Below are positions 36,270 to 44,697 of a stretch of 64,000 nucleotides of DNA, piece by piece. Origin of the DNA: Candidatus Xenobia bacterium (lineage in GTDB: Bacteria; Vulcanimicrobiota; Xenobia; Xenobiales; QWHO01); NCBI GenBank assembly GCA_045863235.1, contig BTUM01000020.1:32001-96000 (forward strand). The letters run 5' to 3'. Below the pieces are notes generated by a model. That model worked only from the letters and a program-made list of their open reading frames with translations. It did not search any database and was not told the origin of the DNA. Within the stretch, counting starts at the first letter, position 1, and the number at the start of each line of letters is the position of its first letter. The position numbers and the translations under genes were made by a program.

Positions 36270-37613
36270 GTGGGGACGATCACTGACTTCAGGCATGCCA
36301 TGCCTGCGGCGCAGGCCACTGCGCCCGTTCCGGCCGCGAACGCGGCCTCGACGACTCTCGAGAGCCCTGCCGCTCGACCGGGAGTCCAGGATGAAGTGGA
36401 ACTGAGCGCTCCGGTCAACCCCTACGCTGACATCGCCAAGAAGAGCGCGAACGTGAAGGTGGATGCCTGGAAGAAGGGCCCCAACGACTCGGTGGAGCGC
36501 ATTCTCACCAGCCAGGGCTACACCCCCGAGGAGATTTACCGCAAGGATTCCCAGGGCCGCTCGCTGATTCAGCGCGTGGCGGGAGTGAACGACCTGGCCG
36601 ACCCGAACCTGGTGCGGCCGGGACAGAGCCTGGTGGTGCCGGTGAAGGATCAGGCCCAGGCTTCCCCGTCCCCTCAAGCCCAGAACCAGGCGCAGGCCCA
36701 GAATGAAGGCACGGCCCGGGTCACCATCGACGCCTGGGGAAAGGGTCCCAACGATTCCGTGGAGCGTGTCCTGGTCAATCAGGGATACAGTTTGCGGGAG
36801 ATCCACTCGAAGGACCGGGACGGCAAGAGCATGCTCGACCGGGTCGCCGCTGACAACGGTCTGCAGAGCCCCGACTCGGTTCGAGCCGGGCGAGAGCTGG
36901 TGCTGCCCTCCAAGCGCCAGGATCGCGGCGAGCAGGACCAGCGGGGCCAGGGCCAGCCGCGCCAGGAGCCGACGGAGCCTCGCCAGGAGCCCAAACCGGA
37001 GGCGCCCCGCGTCGAGGAGCCGAAGCCGCCGGTGCCCGAGCCCCGTCCGGAGGTTCCTGCGCCCCGCGTCGAGGAGCCGAAGCCACCCGTGCCCGAGCCC
37101 CGTTCGGAGGTTCCTGCGCCTCGCGTCGAGGAGCCGAAACCCCCTGTGAGCGAGCCGCATGCGCCCCGGCTCGAGGAGCCGAAACCAGCCGTTCCGGTCG
37201 AGGGCGAGGCCACGCTGGAGATGGGTCTGATGCTTGATGGAATGCGCCAGAACCGCTTCACCCGCGACGAGTTCAGGGCGCTCAATGGTGCTGCCAATCG
37301 TTACGAGGAGATGCGCGCCGCCTACGGTAAGGACGGCTACTCGAGCGACGAGCTGCGCGACCTGGGTCGCTACGAAGAGCAGTATGGCAAGATGTATGCC
37401 CGCTTCTTCGAGCACGACCGCTCGCGCATCCGCATCGAGGCTCACCAGACCGACGATCCCCGGGTGCAGCAGCGCCTGCGCCTGACCGAGGAGGGAGCGG
37501 TGCTCTATGACCGCTACAAAGCCGGCGAGATCACCCTGGATGATGCCGCTGGCCTGCTCATGGTTCAGCGCAGCCAGGCCCGCGAGCTTGGACGGACGGA
37601 GGGAGGACTGTGA
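36270..37613 (+). CDS. protein with two LysM-like domains, Pro-rich repeats and a helical C-terminus
   Basis: Duplicated V.(V/I)DAW.KGPNDSVER.L..QGY...N.L..P..VR.G..LV.P; start may be ATG 36300. Confidence 0.8.
   Translation: MGTITDFRHAMPAAQATAPVPAANAASTTLESPAARPGVQDEVELSAPVNPYADIAKKSANVKVDAWKKGPNDSVERILTSQGYTPEEIYRKDSQGRSLIQRVAGVNDLADPNLVRPGQSLVVPVKDQAQASPSPQAQNQAQAQNEGTARVTIDAWGKGPNDSVERVLVNQGYSLREIHSKDRDGKSMLDRVAADNGLQSPDSVRAGRELVLPSKRQDRGEQDQRGQGQPRQEPTEPRQEPKPEAPRVEEPKPPVPEPRPEVPAPRVEEPKPPVPEPRSEVPAPRVEEPKPPVSEPHAPRLEEPKPAVPVEGEATLEMGLMLDGMRQNRFTRDEFRALNGAANRYEEMRAAYGKDGYSSDELRDLGRYEEQYGKMYARFFEHDRSRIRIEAHQTDDPRVQQRLRLTEEGAVLYDRYKAGEITLDDAAGLLMVQRSQARELGRTEGGL
37002..37190 (+). repeat. 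57-bp coding repeat APRVEEPKPPVPEPRxEVP, about 3.5 copies
   Basis: Direct reading of the sequence. Confidence 0.85.
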
Positions 37614-39532
37614 TGAACGTTCTGGCAACTTTACCCACCCGCGCCAACCTGCAGGGCGCTCCGCCGCCCGGAGCCCGGTATTCTCTGGTGTCACCTGACC
37701 AGGTCAACCTGAGTCAGCCACCTTGCGCTGAGACCATCGAAACTGACCCGGTCTGCCAGATTTCCCCCTACCGGAAGTCGGTGGTGGCGGTCTGCCTCTG
37801 CCTCAGTGGGTTGACCGGCCTTGGTGCTGCCGTGCCCGCTCTGGCAGCGCAGGTCGCTCACCAGACCCAGCAAGCCGACGACTTCAAGGTGGTGGTCGTG
37901 CCCCACGGCACCCCCCGGGTCGATCTGATCGCCCAGACGGAGAAGGGCCCCAATGACGAGGTCACCCACGTCCCCTACTCGGAGGTGGGGGTCTACCTGG
38001 GCGACGGACTGTTCCACGACTCCAATGGCAACCTTTCCTACCTGCCCACCGACGCCCATGGCTGGACCCCGGCCCTGAGCCAGTTCCAGCGCGTGGATGT
38101 GGAGGTGAACAACGGGCGCGACAAGTCGGTCTCACGCTTCGGGAATACCGTGCACTTCACCGAGGGCTCCACCAAACGTCACGTTTTCACCGACCAGGGA
38201 GAACACATCGAGCAGTTGAGCCGGCGTGAGAAGGCTCAGTTCGATCGCACCGATGATCAGATCCGGGTCAGCAGCGAGAAGGCGAATTATACCGTGACCC
38301 GCGGCGAGGGTGGCACGCTGACCATTGCTCAGCCCGGCAAGGACAACATCGTCCTGTATCCAGGCATTACCCAGACCCGCATCGGGCAGGGCGAGCGCCT
38401 GATCGGCCGGGTTACCGTCCGCGACGAGGGCCGCATGACCGTGGAGGGCCAGCGTGGCAAGTCCGAGGTCATGCGCTCGGCGGGAGGCGGCGTGCTCCAG
38501 GTGGATGGCCGCCAGGACTACCGCCTCACCCGCGAGGCTGATGGGACGCTGCACATCGAGAAACCGGGTGGCGACCACCGCATGCGAGTGGACAACCCCG
38601 AGAAGCTGCAACTTGCCCAGGAGCGCTACCAGGCGATCGTCAATCACCTGGAGGCCCGCGAGCCGGGCTATACCCAGAAGCACCCGGTCATCATGGCTAT
38701 CCTTGAATATGCCGCCCATAACCCGGACATCCTGGACGGCGAAGAGGATGCGCAGGCCTTCCTGCAAGCCGGGACGCAGCTCACCAACGTGGGCGGCGCG
38801 GCCGTCTCGGGCGTGGCCATGATCAAGGGAGCCACCGCCCTGAGCTTGGCCGAGCGGGCCCACGCTCTGGGCTCGGCTGCCCTGGCCGCCAAGGCCGGGG
38901 CGGAAGCTGCCGCCCGGGCCGGCAACCTGGCCCAGGCCGCGGGACTCGCCGGCGAGGCGCGCGCCCTGGGTGAGCAGGCGCGCAGCATCGGGGCCGAGGC
39001 CATGCAGACCGGCAAGGGCGCCCAGAATGCCGCCAAGGTGGCTCAGGTCATGCTGGGCGTTGCTGCCACCCTCGAGATCGTGGATGGCGGCTGGGGTATC
39101 CACGAGGGAGCCTCTAACCGCTCGCTGGTGGAGGGCGCCATCGCCGTCACCGAGGCCCGCATGCAAGAGCTGAGGGGGACTCTCACGGGAGCCGAGCTCG
39201 AGCGGGCCACCGAGGACTACTCCAAGGTCATGAACACCCTGGAGCAGCTGAGACAGAACGCCAAGAAGCAGGTGCGCGTGGGCGGCCTGAAGGTCGGCTG
39301 CGGAAGCTTGCTGCTGGTCTCAGCCCTGATGGGCCCCAAGGCTCCGGTGGCCCTGGGAGCGGTGGGCATCGCCTGCACTGCCGGCACATCGATTTACGAG
39401 CACTGGGACAAGCTCGAGAGCTTCTTTGACAAGGATGCGCCTCAACGCCCGACCCTGATCGACATCCTGCCCGACGACGAGATCGTGCTCAAGCTCGACG
39501 ACGGGACGCCCTTGAAGATCAAGCGCGACTAG
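37610..39532 (+). CDS. hypothetical protein: beta-rich middle plus Ala/Gly-rich hydrophobic helical C-terminus
   Basis: 640-aa ORF with GGAGG RBS, coupled to the LysM gene. Confidence 0.8.
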   Translation: MMNVLATLPTRANLQGAPPPGARYSLVSPDQVNLSQPPCAETIETDPVCQISPYRKSVVAVCLCLSGLTGLGAAVPALAAQVAHQTQQADDFKVVVVPHGTPRVDLIAQTEKGPNDEVTHVPYSEVGVYLGDGLFHDSNGNLSYLPTDAHGWTPALSQFQRVDVEVNNGRDKSVSRFGNTVHFTEGSTKRHVFTDQGEHIEQLSRREKAQFDRTDDQIRVSSEKANYTVTRGEGGTLTIAQPGKDNIVLYPGITQTRIGQGERLIGRVTVRDEGRMTVEGQRGKSEVMRSAGGGVLQVDGRQDYRLTREADGTLHIEKPGGDHRMRVDNPEKLQLAQERYQAIVNHLEAREPGYTQKHPVIMAILEYAAHNPDILDGEEDAQAFLQAGTQLTNVGGAAVSGVAMIKGATALSLAERAHALGSAALAAKAGAEAAARAGNLAQAAGLAGEARALGEQARSIGAEAMQTGKGAQNAAKVAQVMLGVAATLEIVDGGWGIHEGASNRSLVEGAIAVTEARMQELRGTLTGAELERATEDYSKVMNTLEQLRQNAKKQVRVGGLKVGCGSLLLVSALMGPKAPVALGAVGIACTAGTSIYEHWDKLESFFDKDAPQRPTLIDILPDDEIVLKLDDGTPLKIKRD

Positions 39533-40431
39533 CTCTGGAAGGCGGCTGCCTGGCGTGAGGCGTGGAAGGCCTGCACCAGCGCGCGGGCAGCCTTCTCCAG
39601 GTCGTGCAGGCCGGTCTCGAGGTAGGTATCATCCTCCTTGACGAAGGCCAGCTTCATCTTCTCCAGGGCCGCCAGGGTTTCGACCAGCCCTTCCTCGGTT
39701 TGCTCGATCCCTCCAAGCAGTCCTTCGCGGGCCTCTTCCGGGGCAAGACCCACCATCTCGCGCTGCTGCACCAGCTCAGCGCGGTGATGGCGCGAGCGCT
39801 TCTCCACTTCCTCGAGCACCGCCAGCAGGCCGTCTGCGTCCAGTTGATCCTGGCGCCAGGCTTGCAGGGCCCGGGCTACCTCCACGTAGTTGTCGGTGAC
39901 CTCGGAGCCCCTGGGCCCTCCCGCCTCCAGGCCTTCGGCGTTGACGGCCGCGAAGGAGGATTTCTCCGGCTCGTCTGCCGAGGCGGGCAGGTTGCGCCCG
40001 CACTTGGCGCAGCGATCACTTCCTCGCTCGTTGTCGTGGCTGCAGAAGATGCAGCTTACTCGGCCCATGGCCTCGATGTGCTCCATCGCCTGGCTGTGAG
40101 CATCCAGCATCAGGTCGTTGGCCGCCTTCGCCAGCTCCAGCCCTCGGGCGAACTCGGCTCCCGATGGCTCCTCCAGGGAGAATTCGGAGGTCATCACCTC
40201 GACCGCTGCCAGGTGGTTCTGGAAGGCGGTCACGATCTGGCGATAGATGGGATCATCGGCCCGGGCCACCCCCTTTTCTGCCTGATCGGCCAGGGTAGCC
40301 AGCTCGAACTGAACGAAACCGGCCACCTGGGAAAGGACGCCGAGGACGTCCTCCGAGGTGGCCTGCCCTTCCTGGTAGGCGGCCCAGACCCGGCGAATCG
40401 TCGCCAGGGCCGGTGATTCATAGTTCTGCAA
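39529..40431 (-). CDS. helical protein with central zinc ribbon
   Basis: CIFC...CAKCG between two similar helical halves. Confidence 0.75.
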   Translation of the reverse strand: MQNYESPALATIRRVWAAYQEGQATSEDVLGVLSQVAGFVQFELATLADQAEKGVARADDPIYRQIVTAFQNHLAAVEVMTSEFSLEEPSGAEFARGLELAKAANDLMLDAHSQAMEHIEAMGRVSCIFCSHDNERGSDRCAKCGRNLPASADEPEKSSFAAVNAEGLEAGGPRGSEVTDNYVEVARALQAWRQDQLDADGLLAVLEEVEKRSRHHRAELVQQREMVGLAPEEAREGLLGGIEQTEEGLVETLAALEKMKLAFVKEDDTYLETGLHDLEKAARALVQAFHASRQAAAFQS

Positions 40432-40437
40432 GGCGAA

Positions 40438-41028
40438 CTAGAACTGCATGAAGCGGGCCGCGCAGCCGCAGCCCGAACCCTGGTAGAAGTTCCCGCCATA
40501 GCTGGGAACGAAGCCGGGGTTGTAGGTGCCCCAACTGGTCTGGCCCCAGGCGTTGCCGGCCGAATGCTGCCCGATTTGAGCCCCGCTCCAGGTGTTGCCC
40601 ATCACCGCATCCTGACGGAAGCCCCAGTAATTCATGTCGGTCTGGTTGGCATAATAGTTGCCCGTGTAGAAATTCCCGCCGGCGTTGGCGTTGGTGTAAC
40701 CGTGGTTACCGGTGTTGGTGTAGGTCTGGTTGTAGTTGCCAAAGAAGTCCCGGCTGGCGTGGCCGGTCTCGACCCCGTCGCCAAAAAAGCGCCCGTAGCC
40801 CGCCTGCGAGCCGAACATGTTGTTGTTGGAGTAATCCGCCCCGGCATACACGCCGCGCTGGGTGTTCAGGCCGATCTCGGCGCCCTGGTGGCCCCAGCCG
40901 AAGGGCCCGCCTCCATACTGCTGCGAGCGAAGTCCGAAGTCGAAGTCGAGCTTGCCGTCCCGGTTCGCGTCCCCAAGCCCGATCCGAAAGTTGCCGTCAT
41001 TGAAGATCGTAAATCCGCCGCCCGCCAT
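40438..41028 (-). CDS. Gly/Asn/Tyr/Phe-rich low-complexity protein
   Basis: GAGGAGG RBS; high-GC3 codons; DANRDGKLD loop. Confidence 0.8.
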   Translation of the reverse strand: MAGGGFTIFNDGNFRIGLGDANRDGKLDFDFGLRSQQYGGGPFGWGHQGAEIGLNTQRGVYAGADYSNNNMFGSQAGYGRFFGDGVETGHASRDFFGNYNQTYTNTGNHGYTNANAGGNFYTGNYYANQTDMNYWGFRQDAVMGNTWSGAQIGQHSAGNAWGQTSWGTYNPGFVPSYGGNFYQGSGCGCAARFMQF

Positions 41029-41221
41029 GGTGAGACCCTCCTCATGTTGACTTCTCTCTCTTTGTATGAAGTATCCCGCGCGATCGGTCGAAAGTCAGGG
41101 TCCAAATGTTAAAAAAACATTGCCAAACGGACACGAGCCAGAGAGTCCTGCTACCTGGCGCGAGCCAGACGGTAACAGCCTGTCTATGACTTCAGGCCCG
41201 CTATGAGGCTATTCTCCGGGC

Positions 41222-42028
41222 ATGCGCATCCAGGACTCCTTCGTCTCGCTCGTTCAACGCACTGTAACCCCGCGGGCGGCTGTTCCGGTCCCCTCCGGCG
41301 ACACCGTCGAGCTCGCCCCTGTCACTCCCGAGAAGGAGGCGGTCATCCGAGCGATGATCCGCAAAGCCCCAGACGAGCTCTCACGTGAGCGGGTAGTGGA
41401 GGCTCTGGCGGCCTACCCCCTGGAGGCCCTGGAGCGGGTTCAGGCCTACGGAACCCTTATCGAGGTTTACGACTTCGCCGCCGGGGAAGGCGTCCCGAGC
41501 TATTTGCCCACGCTGTCCAACCCGGATACGCTGGGCGCTTACAACACCAAAGCCAACGTGTTGGGCTTCAATCGCTCCAACTTGACTCCGTTCGCCGTGC
41601 TGCATGAGTTCGCGCACGCTCTGGACATGTCCATGGGCGAGCCGAGCCGCACCCCCGAATGGCGTGGGGCCCACGCCCTGGCGGCCAACACCAATCAGGT
41701 GGTGCGCGACTACGCCAAACAGGACCCGTCGGAGTATCTGGCCGAAAGCGTGGCTGCCTACCTGGTGCCCGACCAGGCCCTGGTGCCCCTGATCGAGCGC
41801 GGACTGGCCGAAGAGCGCGGGCTGGGTGGGCTGGATGAGCGCGAGTACTGGCAGATGCACCAGAACTTCTGCCATGGTCGGCTCGAGCGCGTGGACGGCG
41901 AGGGCTACCGGTTGGTGCGCGAGCTACTCGAAGAAGACGAGGTGCCCGCCGTGGCGCCGCTGCCGGCAATGAGCGAGGAACAGTGGAACCAGTTCTTGCT
42001 CAGCTCTCCTCAGCCCGCGGCGAGCTGA
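41222..42028 (+). CDS. anthrax lethal factor (ATLF)-like zinc metallopeptidase
   Basis: VLHEFAHALD plus DYA....EYLAE. Confidence 0.8.
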   Translation: MRIQDSFVSLVQRTVTPRAAVPVPSGDTVELAPVTPEKEAVIRAMIRKAPDELSRERVVEALAAYPLEALERVQAYGTLIEVYDFAAGEGVPSYLPTLSNPDTLGAYNTKANVLGFNRSNLTPFAVLHEFAHALDMSMGEPSRTPEWRGAHALAANTNQVVRDYAKQDPSEYLAESVAAYLVPDQALVPLIERGLAEERGLGGLDEREYWQMHQNFCHGRLERVDGEGYRLVRELLEEDEVPAVAPLPAMSEEQWNQFLLSSPQPAAS

Positions 42029-42989
42029 GAACCCCGAGCGTCACCTCGCAAAGCGGCTCCATCACAATCACCCCCTCGACCCCCAGCAGCAGGAAGCCGA
42101 TCGCTCGGCCGGCCAGGCGCCCGGCGCACATGCCCGTGCTCATGCGCCAGGCGGCAACAAAGGGCGACCGGGTGAGCATTGTGGCCGCAGTGATGGAGAG
42201 GAACTGGAACAGCGGCACCAGCCAGCTCGCGAAGAGCAGTGGGCCCAGCCAGTCCACCAGAAAGCCCACCACCAGAGGCGCTCGCATACCGCGCGTGGCG
42301 GGGGTGAAGAGCAGTGCCAGCAAGATGCCCGCTTTGAAACCGTGGGCATAGAGGGGCTGGGACAGGCTGGGGTGCACCCCTGAGAGCAGATAGAGCACAT
42401 TGGATACGCTCAGCGCATACACCGTCAGCCCCACCAGCAGACCGGCCATCACCAGGTGTTGAGCCAACCACACCATCTGGCCCAGGCGCCCCGGCGGAAT
42501 CTCCCAGGGGGTGGGGATACGCGGCACCAGCGGGTCAGCTTGCCAGGCCATCCCGAAGGCCAGCGCTGACCAGAGCACCGTGGTGCCCAGTTGCCCGTAG
42601 GCAAATTTGACGGCCTGAGGGGGGATGGCCCCTGGCTGGCCATAGGTGTGCAGGCTGATCAGCACTGCCAGGATGCCCAGGGCGCCGGCTACCCGCAGCA
42701 GCCAGCGCCACTCTGAGCCCTCGGGCTCGTCCCGGTCGGCCGCCACCGTGGGCCCGAAGAGGGTCTGAGGGAGCAGGACGGCAAGGCCCCCCACGAAGAG
42801 CAGCACCAGGAGCAGATTCACCCCAGCGGTCAGGAAAATCGCCAGGTGAATTCCCAGAGAGCCCAGGAGCGACTTGAGCATGGACTCGGTGAGGAGGCGC
42901 ATCCCCAGTTGGAGCATCATCCCGCCCAGCAGGGCCACCTCCAGGCTCAGCAACACGATCAGGATGAGGTTGGCGCGCTTCTGGTTCAC
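42000..42989 (-). CDS. multi-pass membrane protein
   Basis: Several hydrophobic segments. Confidence 0.65.
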   Translation of the reverse strand: MNQKRANLILIVLLSLEVALLGGMMLQLGMRLLTESMLKSLLGSLGIHLAIFLTAGVNLLLVLLFVGGLAVLLPQTLFGPTVAADRDEPEGSEWRWLLRVAGALGILAVLISLHTYGQPGAIPPQAVKFAYGQLGTTVLWSALAFGMAWQADPLVPRIPTPWEIPPGRLGQMVWLAQHLVMAGLLVGLTVYALSVSNVLYLLSGVHPSLSQPLYAHGFKAGILLALLFTPATRGMRAPLVVGFLVDWLGPLLFASWLVPLFQFLSITAATMLTRSPFVAAWRMSTGMCAGRLAGRAIGFLLLGVEGVIVMEPLCEVTLGVLSSPRAEES

Positions 42990-43231
42990 GGGCTCAGCGT
43001 CTCGACCGGTCGGGGCGTCGGCTCATCCTCCGTCAGGCCCCGTAGGCCGTGCTCGGCGTAGAGCTGCATCCAGCCAAACAGCATGCTGATCGAGATGAGC
43101 ACCATCAGAATGAAGAGGCGCGCGCGCATGAACATCCCCGGCCAACTCCCCAGTCCGGGCGGGAAAGGATTCAGCCCGATGCCAAGGCCCAGGAGCAGCA
43201 GCATTCCCAGCCCGATCAGGTCAGCGATCAC
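42986..43231 (-). CDS. small membrane protein
   Basis: Two TM segments; GTG start inferred; GTGA overlap with the next gene. Confidence 0.5.
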   Translation of the reverse strand: MIADLIGLGMLLLLGLGIGLNPFPPGLGSWPGMFMRARLFILMVLISISMLFGWMQLYAEHGLRGLTEDEPTPRPVETLSP

Positions 43232-43265
43232 AGAGACTGTGAATTCGGGTGAGCCGGGCCGGTTC

Positions 43266-44306
43266 CTACTTGACCCGGTCGAGGATGAGTTGCTGCACGA
43301 TCCCATCCGGGTCCACGCAGATCTCGAGGCTGAGGTCGGAATAAGTCCAGATCGTTCCCTGGTAAGGGACCATGGAACGATGGCGAACCGAGTCCGGTGG
43401 GCCCAGGGCCGCAGAGATCCTGTCCTGAGGATCCCCTCGAAGGAGCATGACGGATCCACCCCGCTCCAGTTGATACCCTGACAGGAAGGTAACCACGTCG
43501 TTCCTGCAGGCAGCACTGACCTGCCCGAATTGAGACGGCCGGGGGTCACCCAGCTCGTAGTAGCATCGCCACGGCTCGACTCCAGGATTCACCTCGTAAG
43601 GAAGTCCGAGCCCCACAAGATCGGTCACCGGCATTCCAAGATAGACCTCGCGGATGGTCAGGACATCCTGGGGAATTCTCAAACCAGGGCGGCGAGCTGG
43701 CTTCTGCATGCGAGCGAACTCCTGCTCAGCCCGTTTGCGGTTGATCCGATCCAGGCGCTGACCCACGGCATCCCAATCGCGAAGGTAGTAGTTCCTCACT
43801 CCGGTGCCGCCTCGCACGAGCACGCCTGGATGATGGTGATACGAAGCATCCGCACTCCAGCTCATTCGTGCGGGTCCCAACTGAGCCGTGATTTCAGACG
43901 CACTGCTGGTTTGACTCAGAATCTCCCGACCACGGGATTCGACGGACGAACCCGCGATGAAGACCACGCGTCCCCCTCTTGTATCCAGGCCGACGTGCGC
44001 TTTGAGATGGACGGCGGGCAAGGTTGGCGAGTCACCTCGCTGGAGGCAAGGCGGGTCTTCGTAGTTAAGCCACCAGCCAATCTCGGGCATCGTGTCCAGT
44101 GCTTCCTCAAAGAGCGGATCCCCCTGACCCTCCGACACGGGAGGGCCGAGCACCCGTCGAACCTCTTCGTCCGTCATTCCCACTCCCACTCGTCCCACCG
44201 TGAGGCTCCGACCTCTTTCCGGTCGGCCGAGCTTCAAGCAGGTCAGAGCGACCAGGCCAACAGTCAGGAGCACCCAGAGGAGATTGAGTCGAGCGTGCTG
44301 GCGCAT
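43266..44306 (-). CDS. exported hypothetical protein with duplicated SmpA/BamE-like module
   Basis: LT...V.(V/L)GM...(V)...LG.P module repeated twice. Confidence 0.65.
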   Translation of the reverse strand: MRQHARLNLLWVLLTVGLVALTCLKLGRPERGRSLTVGRVGVGMTDEEVRRVLGPPVSEGQGDPLFEEALDTMPEIGWWLNYEDPPCLQRGDSPTLPAVHLKAHVGLDTRGGRVVFIAGSSVESRGREILSQTSSASEITAQLGPARMSWSADASYHHHPGVLVRGGTGVRNYYLRDWDAVGQRLDRINRKRAEQEFARMQKPARRPGLRIPQDVLTIREVYLGMPVTDLVGLGLPYEVNPGVEPWRCYYELGDPRPSQFGQVSAACRNDVVTFLSGYQLERGGSVMLLRGDPQDRISAALGPPDSVRHRSMVPYQGTIWTYSDLSLEICVDPDGIVQQLILDRVK

Positions 44307-44516
44307 ACCCGGAGTCTAACACTGCAGTGTGGCAAGTGATTGGCACGCCTGAGATTCGACGCCTGTCCGACCGACCGGCCTGCTCTAGTCCGGCTGACCT
44401 GTCTGGCTGCCGCGCGAGGCGGACGACCCTTACGATGCCTGGACGACCTGCCGGGCCTGTCCTGCCGACCTGGAACCGCCCATCTCGCCGCCTGGACCTC
44501 ATTCACAAAACGCGGC

Positions 44517-44617
44517 CGGTGCCCTCTGTCTCGAATCCGGCAGGTGCCCTGTGTCTCGAATCCGGTCGGTGCCCTCTGTCTCGAATCCGGCCGGTGCCCC
44601 TCTGTCTCGAATCCGGT
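44517..44617. repeat. four tandem 25-26 bp repeats CGGTGCCCTCTGTCTCGAATCCGG(C/T)
   Basis: Units at 44517, 44542, 44567 and 44592, no spacers. Confidence 0.92.
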
Positions 44618-44655
44618 CGGGACGCGCAGGAACTGCTCAAGTCGCTCCAAAATCA

Positions 44656-44685
44656 TGTAGTGTTGGTTTTTATTTTTACACTACA
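44656..44685. promoter_or_regulatory. palindrome TGTAGTGT-N14-ACACTACA directly upstream of ATG 44698
   Basis: Same arms and spacing as 30588-30617. Confidence 0.7.
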
Positions 44686-44697
44686 GGATGTTAGAGC

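Noticed and set aside
44517..44617. CRISPR array
   Set aside because: Repeats are directly adjacent with no unique spacers, and no cas genes are in the window.
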